DNA from: Phoronis australis | Lineage: Eukaryota; Animalia; Phoronida | Direction of reading: 5' to 3' | Assembly (NCBI GenBank): GCA_002633005.1 | Contig: NMRA01000031.1 | Span: 1,380,858 to 1,444,857, forward strand | Length of the DNA: 64,000 bases | Shown: in pieces, positions 51,801-64,000 of the stretch | How positions within the stretch are numbered: the first letter of the stretch is position 1 | Layout: the number at the start of each line of letters is the position of its first letter | Translations under genes and position numbers: made by a program | Notes under the pieces: model-generated | Told to the model about the DNA's origin: nothing | Database searches by the model: none | The model's input: the letters and a program-made list of their open reading frames with translations, nothing else

Positions 51801-54800
51801 TAGCAAGGGTTTAGTAATCAGAGTTGCATTCAGAGCACCTGGGACGCTTCTGTAATCGAACTCACGCCCTTCCCGACAAAAATCGCGCATTGGGACGCAC
51901 AGGATCACCAAGTGGGTGTTGCTGTTGCGCACGTTTCGCGCTTCGCTTATTTTTTTCTTATTAGCGTGTGCAATCTCTTATTTCGTTTAATTGCTTGGTT
52001 GTCCAATCAAATTCAGCCAAGCAATCATTTTTTTGTTATGGTTCTTTTAAAAATAAGACAATAAAATTCCAAAGAAAAGGCAATGTTTTCAGTACGCATC
52101 TTTTGGAACAGTAAGATTATCTATTTGGTTTCTATGTAAACGGCTTTTAATGTCTACTCTTTTGTACATGTACCTATGTTGTTGTGTAATTGATTTTTTT
52201 ATAGCAGTAAAACCACATGGTACGAATCTCACAACATTTGTCTAGGTTCTTTGCACCTGTCGTTAACAAGTCACCACGTGGGTGTATATAGATGCACAAA
52301 CACAGCATGGTTCATGGCTTACCATCTCGGGACATTCCAACAGCTATACATTTCTTCAGTCTGTAAGAGAACATGACAAATGTACTGTGCGCAAAGCTGG
52401 AGTAAATTAATTTCTATCTCTTCTTAAAACCGTTAGGCAAATCAAAGCCGTGAGCAGTCATGCTACCTTTCAAATTCAAATCCAGAGCTGTTAAGTGTTT
52501 TTAAACATAGTATTGTACGCTTGAAATGATGGATCTCATGTTAGCATTGCGTACATGAAAGGTAGACAAGAATTAAGACACGTAATTATTTGCTCTCTAA
52601 TGAGCTGCAATTAGGCAACATGTTCTTTAAGGAAACGATGTTAGTCCAACTTCCTGCTTGTGTAATTATGTATTCAACAAGAGAAACGCTCTTTGTAATT
52701 TACCTACCTGTCTTAATCATTGTCGTGAATACTCTCAATGTTTAGAGTCATCTCTTTATCTATTTCATCTCTCTTAGTTAAATTTTCACCATTCTTCGGC
52801 ATTTATTTATTGTCTTAATTCTCAACCTGTTTTGGTTGTATCTTTTTTACTATATTTAATTGTTGTTTTATTACTACATTGTATCCTAATTACTGTTTTT
52901 GTTGTTGAGGGCCCTCTTGGAAAGCAGTGCTATCACTGAAGAGGCCACCCTCATTTTAAATATCACAATAAATAAATAAATCCCAAACAACGCGTTTCTT
53001 TGGGTTTGGGCCTGTACAATAAGGCAACTTAACCAATTTTATCACAATGGGTAGCTGCAGTATGAAAGCGTTGGCATGCGCCAACAGCGCATCACAAACG
53101 GAATGCTCCTAGGGTTGCTTACAAGTTTCGTTAAATACAATAAAACAATTTGACCAGAAACACTCTTTCTCGAACATCACTTGAAAAGACCTTGTCAAGT
53201 TCAATGCGCCCACGAATGCACCGCTAACAGTGTGCTTGCAGGGGTGTTTATTTGGAACATAAAGGCCACTGGATGGCGCAAAGAAAGTCGAATCCATCCG
53301 AAAACTCCTATGTGTCAATTTACCAAATTTCATAACAAGAGCAACGCTCTGCGACCACGAATGCACCGCAAACGGTGTACTTCTAGGGTTGTTTTTTGTT
53401 TCATAAAACTAGCCACTAGATGGCGCAAAAAACATCCAATCCACCTGAAAACAAAAAATGCCATCGCTTCTTTAATAGAAAGCTATTTACCGAATTTCAG
53501 AAAAATCTGTCAAGAAACTTCAGAGAAACGAAAAAAAGCGGAAAAAATGAAACTGGGAAAATGGGGCACAGCGTTCATTGAATGGGCCTGAAAGACGTTG
53601 TCTGTTGTTAGCTTCATATAAATACAATTACTAAGTTTCATAAAGATCATGCAGTGTGTTAAGGAGATGCAGCTATGGGCAAAACACACTGAAAACATAC
53701 ACGCCAATTTTCAAAATCATCCTTAGAATGGTTTGGTTGATCGAGGGGTGGACGCCAAAAAACAGACTCGAAAACAGGAAAGATGGCCCCTAAGTGGTGC
53801 AAAATACCTCGATTCCATCTGAAAACGGGAGGATAGCATCATCTGACCAATAGATGCCTATATTCCAAATTTTCTGAAAATCTGTTGAGGACCTTTGAAG
53901 ATAAAGAGCATAAAAAAGCCACTAGGAGATGCTGCAGTGGTCGAATACGCGAAAAAATTCAATGGTGGCGGCGCATTGGCGTCATATACCTCGGTGTAAA
54001 GTTTCACTAAAATCCGTCAATCGCTTCTTTAGATATCATCCGGAAACGTTCTTCCCCAAAATACTGATAAAGCCACGCCCCTCTGACCCCCAGGGGTGGA
54101 GGCGCGAGGCAGATTGAAAAGTGGCACGAACAGTTATGGTTCTGCGCCAAATTTCACTAAAGTCTGACCAGGGCTTCTTGAGTTATCTAGCGGAGACCCG
54201 GACACCCGGACAGAGTGACGTCCTTGACACCGACGAAGCCAATGGCGACGACGCAGGACATCTCAAACAACTCGATAACGATACACCGTAAAATAATATA
54301 TGTAATTCTTGTAGCGTTTGATGAGAACTATTCGCGTAGTAAACCTCAGAGCCATCTGTCACAAGACGCAGGGGCTATGGGAAACGGCAAGTCGCGGCGA
54401 GAAACACCTCTTGTAGCATTTGACGAGATCAATTTGCATACTAAATGTTTTGAGCAATCCGTCAAAAAACGACAGTGCTACGAGACGAAATATCGAGCAA
54501 TAAAAGAACAGTCATGAGAAAATCTCGAATAACTCCAGGAACTATGAATAGCCTTTTCCGAGAATTGCCTACACAGTGAATTTCAAAAGAATCCGTCGAA
54601 GGACCGCTAGCTCCGCAAATCGAAAATTTGATAGTGGTCCTCGATGCGCCGTCATTCGTCCGATTTCAACCAAAAACAAGAGAACACGAGCTTTTAATAA
54701 GTTGCATGCTATCAATTAAAAGGATAACAAACCCGGTTTTGGCATATTAATAGATACTAAACACGACTTTCCTCACCCAGTACTCTGACACAAAATAATG

Positions 54801-57800
54801 CCCTGTAACCCTCAACAACCCTCAAAAGATTGTAGGAAAACTTGAAAACTTTCAAAATCTGCTAAACGGGCAAGCGTGATCAACGCTGTTAGCGAATTAC
54901 ACGGCAACTGTGCGAAAAAACACCAACCAAGGGTCATGACGTGACATAGGGAGTAGGAGTTTATAGTTGATTCCTGTTTTAACTTGGAGATTGACGCAAA
55001 TGATGCATGAGCAGGTGACAGAACGAGGGTTGGTTGAAATCATCAAAACATAGTTTTGTATCCGTTTAATGCTACACACTGTATGTCAGTGGGATATAAA
55101 ATGTCACCTGCAGCGTGTGTACAAGCAAAAAATATTTCGACAACTGTGAAACGCTACGAACTGATTGGTCAAAACGGTACCTGCAGTACTGACATCTGTT
55201 GCGGTTGACTCTCATGATGTTGCATTGTTGGTTCTTCAAGCACGGCCGGTACTGAATCTTCTGCTGTATACTACGTCTGAAGAAACCCTGCGAAGACACA
55301 TGATGTCAACATTGCAAAACAAATAGATTCCATGACGGACAAAGCAATGTGGTTCTCTGGAACGCCTTGATATCATTTCAAAAAGAAGTAATACAAAACG
55401 ATGAAATGTGATCATATGGGGGCACAGCGTGCGGCGAAGTTGCTGTGGGCACCATCGAGTTGGTAGCAGTACTCATTGCCCAACCACTGATAGTTCTGAC
55501 CTCTGATAGATTGACACGCGTTACGACAACTTCCGTTATGAGGAAACGTCGACAGCCTGCCCGTTGGATAACACTTTTCATTTATGCGTCCCGGACGTCA
55601 AAACTCGCTTTTCGTGAACTGACCTAACGGACGGCTGAAACCACAGCCTCGACCCAAAGCCTCAAAATGGCGCTGATCGGTTTAGCCATTTGACGCTTGG
55701 TTATGGGAAATAAAATGTGTCAAAATTGTGACACATTTTTACGGAGTTCGCCGGAATATCACGAGTAATTTAAAGTTATAGCAATTTTGAAATTTTCTGC
55801 CGTATAATATAAAAATGAAAACTAACGGTATATTGCAGCCATTTAGGTCTAAATCATTCCAAAAATGACGTACTTTTTATTCAAAAGCTGAATATTTCTA
55901 TGATACTATTAATAAAAAACATTGAAAATAAGTACACCAACAACCTTTATTTCAAAAAAATTAACCAAAACAATGCCTTGTACTTCATGAATAGCAATTA
56001 TAGTCTGCCATTGCTTTAATGACTTCAAGGCAGCGTCCAATCATTGCGCAGAAGGTATTTCCCATAACCAAGCCTCAAATGGCTAAACCGATCAGCGAAA
56101 CCTTGAGGCTGTCTATTCGGATGAGTTGTGATCCAGTGTTGTAGTTTTCAAATCGAGCATAACTCCATTGCTTCATTTTCATTTTGACATTTTTGTTCAA
56201 CAAGCGATACTTTTGAGCTACGGTTCTAGACAACCAGCGATTTCCCCGGCAAGAACAGCAAACCGCACCGACCCGCGGCCGTGGCCGGATACCNGTGACA
56301 CATTTTTACGGAGTTCGCCGGAATATCACGAGTAATTTAAAGTTATAGCAATTTTGAAATTTTCTGCAGTATAATATAAAAATGAAAACTAACGGTATAT
56401 TGCAGCCATTTAGGTCTAAATCATTCCAAAAATGACGTACTTTTTATTCAAAAGCTGAATATTTCTATGATACTATTAATAAAAAACATTGAAAACTAAG
56501 TACACCAACAACCTTTATTTCAAAAAAAATTAACCAAAACAATGCCTTGTACTTCATGAATAGCAATTATAGTCTGCCATTGCTTTAATGACTTCAAGGC
56601 AGCGTCCAATCATTGCGCAGAAGGTATTTCCCATAACCAAGCCTCAAATGGCTAAACCGATCAGCGAAACCTTGAGGCTGTCTATTCGGATGAGTTGTGA
56701 TCCAGTGTTGTAGTTTTCAAATCGAGCATAACTCCATTGCTTCATTTTCATTTTGACATTTTTGTTCAACAAGCGATACTTTTGAGCTACGGTTCTAGAC
56801 AACCAGCGATTTCCCCGGCAAGAACAGCAAACCGCACCGACCCGCGGCCGTGGCCGGATACCGGAAATGATCTGGCCTCTGATATCTTTTCATCTCCAGA
56901 CTTAGTACCACTTTCGACAACCTATTAAACTACATGCCAGGAGTTTTTCAACAAGACATTTTTGGGGGTGTTATAATATTACTGTATTTTAAGGAAAAAG
57001 TAACATTTGGTTTCTGAGTGTTTGTTCTGCAATTATAAATAAAAAGTTTAGACCATAACTAGCAAGTGTGTTCACATGGCTTTCGAAAAACTACTCGTAT
57101 CTGCGTAGTTTAGTGTGTGTGTTTGTGTTCGCATAAATTTACACACTGAATTAAAAATCAATTTTTTAAACCTGTCAATGAGATATGCGAAATGGTTACT
57201 ATTTATGAATAAAACCGTTTATCGTTTGCTTCTGTGGTATAATCATACACCATCAAGAACTGACGAAGGGCTTTCTAATGATATGATTCTTACGCAATTC
57301 GGTTGAAAAACGGTGGAGAAGCGAAATTAAAGTTTTAGTGACAGTAAGTACCATAGGAATATCCAACATCGGAACAAACGAATGCAAACAAATGCCACGC
57401 ATGCGCAGCGCAACCTCAGCAGAGCGAGATTGGAGGGCAGAATTCAGTGACCTCGCAAGCAATCTTCCCAAAATCAGGTGTTCTTATTTAAAATACACGG
57501 CAATATCTCACGTAATCTCGCAAAGTATTGCTTTTTAACGAGGTCCTAGCGTTACTGAACAGCTGTCTGGGTTGGAGTCAGGGGCGGATCCAGGATTCTG
57601 AGTTAGAGGGGGAGGGGGGGCCAGGGCAAAGGACTAACCAGAATTTCGGCACATGCGCACGCCCAGCCTAAAATGTACGGATGCAGGGGCCTCGATTTTT
57701 TGGGTTTGCGGACCTTATTACTAAAAAGAAACGATTAAGGGGGTTGGTTCACGGCCTATGCATTGTGCATTCGCCCCCCCCCCGAGCCACCCTGGATGTG

Positions 57801-59021
57801 CGCATATGCTAGTCAGTGAATTCGCAATTCGCACCCCGAACTACATGATATCTAGGAGAATTTTAGGGGGGGGGGCATGGGGTACTATGACTAAACCCGT
57901 TACGCACAGGTAGAAACGTGCTTCAGATAAATGTACCATTGTTTGTCAGAAAACATTGACGTCACTAAGCACATAGTTGCACTAGTTGCATTCTGTGTCA
58001 CTAGAACACCGACTGTTGACGCACGGTTACACATGAGTACGCATATCTGACCCCGCGCATGAATGAAAACTCTTGACCGCGACCACGGGTAACTGAGGAC
58101 CGGAAGAACTCAGCGGTGTCGCGAGGCGTACGTGACCATTTGTTTTCTGTTAATAGTGTTTTAAACCAGCGAGCGAATAGAAATGTCAGCCCATGTGTAT
58201 TGACACATGTTGACAAATCGGTCAGCATAATTGTGTTCATACATCTGTTTATCAGCTAGCTATTTTGGCCTTGACCCACATAGCGAAGTGAATGAGGGTA
58301 GATGATAGTAAACAAAAGTACAAAGTCATCACTGCATAAGATAAACGAGAGGTTTGATCGGTATGTAGGTACAACATAAGTCACCCTGCCAATGTCTCCT
58401 CAGGCCTATTTCTCTAAACGACTATTGAGTTTTGTCTTTAGCCAAAAGTCAGATAACTGATTTTGAATAGTCATTAGTTGATTTTTTTGTTTTGTTTTGC
58501 ACTTATCGAAAAGTTTTGTCTATTGTCTAATCGAGTTGTAGACAAATTTTCTTTCAGCCTTAGGCTGCTTTCCTAAACAGACTAAGTCATCCCTACGTAA
58601 ACTAGTTTTTAGCCACAAGTCAAAATCCAAAAGCCAACAGGCTCCTCGAGAATCAGGCAGTAGGTTCCAAATAATGGGGAGGCGCCCCGGCAACTAGTCA
58701 TTTTTTGAGGGGCGAGAATAAAATTACCACCGGAATCAAAATTTCCTAGAAATTAACTTTGATGAAATCGACAAAAAGTCCCAACAGTGTATATACCCAT
58801 ACCACCAGCGGTACGCAATCACTGTCAACACTCGTCCAAACACGGATCTTCAATCCCAAATAACATAATTTATATCGGAGACACCAGTCAATTAATTACA
58901 CAATTTTAGCATTGAAACAGTGGAAACAATACCTTACAGCCTTCGCAGGCATGGACGCCGTAATGAAAACCGCTTGCTTTGTCACCGCACACTCGACACA
59001 AAACAGTGTTACCGTCGAATT
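45835..59021 (-). CDS. E75: Nuclear receptor E75/Rev-erb (NR1D group), at least 11 coding exons, ~810 aa
   Basis: Phase-consistent exons: 59021-58933 ([29 protein letters not shown]), 55287-55181 ([21 protein letters not shown]), 52360-52323 ([12 protein letters not shown]), 51700-51483 ([11 protein letters not shown]), 51267-51034 ([20 protein letters not shown]), 49546-49426, 48909-48817 (DRPGL), 48597-48477 ([15 protein letters not shown]), 47772-47394, 47102-46120, 45871-45835 ([11 protein letters not shown]). The DBD closely matches arthropod E75 as I recall it. Confidence 0.93.
49990..50885. mobile_element. Intronic repeat element with internal subrepeats and CCACTAG(A/G)(T/A)GGC motifs
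   Basis: Homologous to 53170-54240 (gcgcccacgaatgca..., ccactagatggcgc, atc(a/c)tttagaatggtttggttgat); recurring aatttca..aaatcc motifs; superfamily not established. Confidence 0.65.
53170..54240. mobile_element. Second copy of the intronic repeat element
   Basis: Shares blocks with 49990-50885. Confidence 0.65.
55644..56111. mobile_element. MITE with ~55-bp TIRs (same family as 59665-60132), right end truncated
   Basis: agcctcaaaatggcgctgatcggtttagccatttga / tcaaatggctaaaccgatcagcgaaaccttgaggct. Confidence 0.8.
55728..56862. repeat. ~567-bp tandem duplication across a single N (probable assembly overlap)
   Basis: 55728-56293 vs 56295-56862; I saw only one substitution and two 1-bp indels; N at 56294. 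Confidence 0.9.
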
Positions 59022-59600
59022 CTGAAAAAAAAGAAATCTTTTCACATTGCTGCATACTTGAGAATACTTTCGCAAACATACCAGTAACCTAGGCCTACCC
59101 AGGGGCCAGGGGGCATTCGAAACCTCACTTTTGTATCGTGTAATGTATTACGTATAATGTAGTCATTGTCTGTCCACTTTAATCACGGTGCCGAATGATT
59201 GCAACTGCAACCAGAGTAAGCACAGAACGAGTAGCTCACAAATCACTCAAACCCGGGGGACAAGTTGTCTTACACATCATGCGTAAGTGGTACAACCGGA
59301 AATTCAAAATCAAGACCAACGCGATACTTCGGCAACTCAGACAATGAGCAGCCGAGACAATATCAAACCATGTAAAACTACCGGAGATAATACCACTTTC
59401 AGCCACTTCACTTCCCACGTATTGTCATACAGAACGCATGTTGTCACCAAGCAGAAATTAAATGGCGATTGCGACTATATGAGCCGTAAACAGCGACAAA
59501 TGCTGTCACATGAACGACAATATGTGTCGGGTACGACAATATGTGCACTGAACACCGGGACGTATTGTCACCCCCAATTGTGGAGAGATCGTCAGCTTAC

Positions 59601-59631
59601 CAGCGCTTTCATATATATGTAAGAGGTCCAT
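59601..59631 (-). CDS. Candidate first coding exon of the E75-like gene
   Basis: ATG GAC CTC TTA CAT ATA TAT GAA AGC GCT G|gtaagc; phase 1 fits the DBD exon, giving [19 protein letters not shown]. Confidence 0.35.
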
Positions 59632-59664
59632 GAAATTGTAACGAGGTTGTAGCAAGTTGCACGG

Positions 59665-60132
59665 CAGCTTCGTCCCCAAGCCTCAAGATTGCGCTGATCG
59701 CTTTAGCCATTTGAGGCTTGGTGATGAGAAATGAAATGTCAGAATTCAGACACATTTTTACAGAAATCGCCAGAATATCACGAGTAATATAGTTATATCA
59801 ACTTTGAAATTTTCTGAAGTATAATAAAAATGTAAACGATATATTGCAGCAATTTAGGACTAAATTAGTGCAAAAATGATGTACTTTGATTCGAAAACAG
59901 ATTAATTTTTATGATACTAATTAAAAAGTACGCCAACAAACTTTATTTCAAACAATAACCAAAACAATGCCTTCCGCTTCACGAATGGCAGCAACAACGC
60001 CTATGAAAATAATTAAAATCTGCATCTGTTTTAATGACGTCAAGTCAGCGGCCAATCATTGTGCAGAAATTAATTCCCGTAACCAAGCCTCAAAACCGAT
60101 CAGCGCCATCTTGAGGCTTGGGAACGAGGCTG
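59665..60132. mobile_element. 468-bp MITE with 9-bp TSD (AcademH-like; MuDR not excluded)
   Basis: Termini cagcttcgtccccaag...cttgggaacgaggctg; exact direct repeat gttgcacgg at 59656-64 and 60133-41. Confidence 0.85.
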
Positions 60133-61745
60133 GTTGCACGGGGGAAAGATCCCAGGAGATTGTAGCCTATTCCATATAACTCTAGTTCTATGCCCACTTC
60201 AACCTCCAGCGTGCAGTCAGCTTCGCTTTAACAGCGCTGTTTACGTCGACGCTCCGCTCAGACCGGAGATAAGTCAATATGAATGGTCCTTAGACGAAAA
60301 TACAGTCAATTGCCTGGCTGTATTGGCTTCCTTAATACACCAACCCCGAGTTGGCGACATGTCCCTACCAACCCCTACAATGGAAGAGCCCGGCACTAAC
60401 ATTGCAACGTAAACAACTTTACCGTGACATAGGCGGATCCAGAAAAGGTTTACAGGCCCCCCTTTGAGCCAAAACGGCAAACAAAAACCATAGGAAATAG
60501 ACAACTTATATTTTTTCATTTCTATAACCCGGAAGCACAAATCTGCGCCAAATGGAGACTGAAGTAAAATCTGCTATTTCTTGATTAAGGTCGTAAACCC
60601 AGATGTTTCTCCAATCACAGTGAACAGCATCAAATCCTCAGGCCGACAACCGATTGTAGTCTCAGCCGACTCCCCAAACACTATGCCACTACCTTCAGGC
60701 TATTCATCGACAAGTCCGTTTTATGCGAGGACGTTGTCAAAGATGAAGTGCGCGTAAACACATCTTCTGGCGACGAATAAGGGTAAAGAATAGATGTATA
60801 AATCTTCAAGAAATCTAATGCGAATACTATTGGCTATGTGGTAATGGTGGGTTGCAATGCGATTTTGACGACAAATGGAACAAGGTATTAGGTTTTATAA
60901 GAGCGAGAACACGGCATGCAATTAGCACCTTGTTTGAAATTTTGCTTGGGGAGAACCCTGACATAATTCATCAACACAGACAAATACTATTCCGTTAATG
61001 TCAGACTGAAATCAGACTACTACATTGTGCATACCATTAGAAGATTAATGTTTGAAATGCCGACAACAGAAACAAAAATACCCATTATAATCAATGCTGA
61101 CGTTAATTTTGTTCTATGCAGAGTTTCGGACGAATCGTAAGTGCACTAGCCAACAGGGTTTGAACTCATAAAAGGTTTAAAGCACCACAAAACTGAAAGA
61201 AAATTCTATAGCTGTGGAGATGTTTTTCGATCCAACTAACGAACCTTCGGCTACAGTACGCCAATGAAGTTATGAAGCACATGACAAGTTCAGTACGATT
61301 TTCCTGACGATGCTCGGCAGACGAAGCAAAACGTCGACAAAAATCCCTGGCATGCGCTCGTTATGTTAACCCTCTTATCAAAAAATTCAAATCAGAAACG
61401 GCAAAGCCATGGCATACCTAGATATCCACGCATGTCTCTGCTACGTGTATTCCCACTTGACGTAAATCTGCGACTGAACAAATGGGGGTAACTCGCGTCC
61501 ATAAAAGTAGCCACAGACATTAAGCGATATAAATCATGTTCACAGACGCAGCGATCTCTCTACAACAACAAGTTCACGAACGGGTCAGGTGAAAAAACTA
61601 CTCCGTCACCGTTCTTGACCGTCATCGTCATCACAAGTGATCAATTATGACAAGGATGAAGTTTGAGTAGTCAACCATAAACGAGTCAAAACAAGGTAAT
61701 ACCGAGCTTGAGTAACAGACCGACATTACTAGTCACCCATGTTCT

Positions 61746-63004
61746 GGGCCCGGTCTCCAATCTCCGTACTCAGACTCATACTCATACTCGAGATTTCATA
61801 CTCAAAATCGTGCTCACTGGAGTCGTACTCAAAAAAGCGTATCTAATGTCGTATTTCGAGTAAACTCCAAACGTACCCAAATCTGACACTCATACTCGAG
61901 TTGCTATGGAACTCTTTATGATGTGAAATCCTAAATCAGGCAAAGCCGCGCTGATTCATCGCTCCCTATTGGAATAGACCACCCCAGGAACTAGGCCTAC
62001 ATTATCGTCTGCTGTCGCTACAACTACAAGAGTATGTCTATAACGTGGAATTCTGAGTGTTCTGTAACTGTTATTCATTTTTTAGTTTCAATAAATATTC
62101 TTATGCCATTTCTTTGATACATTTGGCAATTATTAAATTTTACTTCTTGAGTTCCTCACCCAGTCCCGAAAATGTCTTAAGAAATATGTAACAGCTTATC
62201 ACATCACATCTCTGTTGCTAATTTAGTCTTGACTTAAAACCCATTGCTGTGTAGGCCTACGCTGATGTCAAACTTTGATACTGTATCTTTGTATTTTACT
62301 GGGATGTATCAAGTGAGTTGACATTTGGCACGTGAGTTAAAAAACAATACTTGTGGCAGTGAACGGAACGAGACGTCTACTTAGAAATCGGCAAACAAAA
62401 TCTGGAATTCCATTTGGGGATTGAGGAATTAAAGATGACTAAGTTATGATGAGAAATGTACCTGACAGGGAAGCGAACTGTTTTTAACTTCCCTCCCCTC
62501 CTCGTCTTTTGGAAACCCTACAAAACGTAGGCACACATACCGAAATAATGGCAGCACAAACTTCTCACAAGTGATACGGCGGGTTAATAAGGTGAAGAAT
62601 AAGAAGATTTAAGATGAAAACTATTATCTCTGAACTGAAATTGAAGTGCTGAGATACGGTAAGAGGACTTATTTTTTTAGATTTGCTGTGTTTCTTGGTC
62701 CCCTTTCGATATTTTGTTCTCTGGCTCGTATTTATTTTTGAGTACGATTTCAAGCACACTGCCATACCAAACTTGAAATCTGAGCATAGACTCCGAATTT
62801 TTACTCAAAATCGTACTCGAAATATAGACGAGGTACACTTCAGTTCGAGTACACTCGAAAACTGAGTACGTGCTCGAAATTTCGAGTACAGAATTTTCGA
62901 GTATGACATTGAATACACCAAAGCTGAATCTGTACTCGAGTTGAGTATGAAGTGTGAGTTTGAGCATGATTCGAGTCTGAGTACGGAGATTGGAGACCGG
63001 GCCC
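61746..63004. mobile_element. ~1.26-kb non-autonomous TIR element
   Basis: 32-bp perfect TIR gggcccggtctccaatctccgtactcagactc / gagtctgagtacggagattggagaccgggccc; tactc/gagta subrepeats in both arms. Confidence 0.85.
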
Positions 63005-63039
63005 TGGTTATAGTTCAATAGCTGAGCTCGGAGCCGTCT

Positions 63040-63690
63040 CCGAATAGAATAATCTAGCCAAAATCACAAGCTCTCATTAAAAATACATGGCAATATCTCG
63101 CGGAATCTAGTGAGATCTTACTTTTCTAATGAGGTGCTGGTGTTAATTAACTCTCAGGTTGTACCATAAACCTCACATATACGCCCCCGGAGATTATGCT
63201 CCTTACATGACTTGGGACAGATTATGAAGCAATAAACTCAGACTTCGGAGTAAATAAGTCTTCATATTGACCTCGTATACCTTCAATGACAGCTGCTATG
63301 ACAACGACATTTTAATTCCTTTTAAAAACTTTTGGTGAATTAATGGAGCTCTCACAATGATTCGATTTCGGAGTATTCCTGTTCTAAAGCCACTTCTTTG
63401 CCTCTGTGCCACTGGACGACTCCGAACTAGTGTGACCCATGATTGGTCTTAGAAATGACGTCAAGTAACATAGCAACTAAGGCTGACCCTCCCAACATGA
63501 ACAAAGAGACCCGGGCAGGGTTCAGTAACGCCAAAGATTTTATAGTTACCAAATCTTGGGATATAGTATCTTTGCGAGAGTTAGGACCTCGCTAAAAAGC
63601 AAGACTTCGCGAGATTACGTGAGACATTGTCGCGCGAACACGTGATTTTGGCAAGAATATTGTAGTCGCGAGACAGCTACTGAACCGTAT
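63040..63690. mobile_element. Degenerate inverted-repeat element; related arm at ~57465-57560
   Basis: ggcaatatctc(a/g)cg.aatct.g..ag..tt.ctttt.taa.gaggt at ~63090 and ~57499, reverse copy at ~63580-63635. Confidence 0.5.
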
Positions 63691-64000
63691 ACTGAGACAT
63701 CTTGAACTTATAGTTTTGGCGAATATTATTAACAACAAAATCTGTTGTTTTGTGATCTTATAAATTGACAATTCTCACCACGTTGTCTGCCAAACATTCG
63801 ACGAAATCTAGGCCGGTGACTTCACGAAAAACGTTTAACTTGAACTGCTCTGCCAAAGACCTTTAGTCTCGAGGTCTGACCACATCAGCATTATTTTGAG
63901 TTGATGTACATCTCTAAAACGAGAGTTGCTTTACTATACTATGCTACAATCTGATATCTATGCGTATTTCAGTATTTCAAATCGTCTCTTATTTTTGTCA

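Noticed and set aside
55728-56862. Recent tandem duplication in an E75 intron
   Set aside because: Near-identical copies abutting a single N; most likely a contig overlap artifact.

Overview
Repeat-rich animal (invertebrate-type) genomic DNA with spliced genes; the ORF track is mostly spurious. I reconstructed by hand: (i) a 9-exon CRPPA/ISPD gene (minus, 20816-11048, 379 aa); (ii) an E75/Rev-erb (NR1D) nuclear receptor gene (minus, at least 11 exons, 59021-45835) with a very long F domain ending in a PLNLT motif; (iii) a multi-pass membrane protein gene (minus, about 29340-27718); (iv) a two-exon 75-aa microprotein gene that the ORF track misses (plus, 7479-8636); (v) a divergent micro-exon transcript at 1-5 kb whose introns hold hairpin-rich ~200-nt islands (weakly supported). 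Mobile DNA includes an RT-deleted Ty3/Gypsy element with short LTRs and a MITE in its integrase, an internally deleted Kolobok transposon (TTAA TSD, ~150-bp TIRs, convergent THAP-transposase and Cys-rich KolX genes) whose empty site is also in the window, a MITE with a 9-bp TSD, Helentron-like elements, repeats carrying CTCF-like motifs, LINE tails, minisatellites and hammerhead-like motifs. Two tandem duplications joined by single Ns are probably co-assembled haplotypes. All calls are manual; no searches were run.
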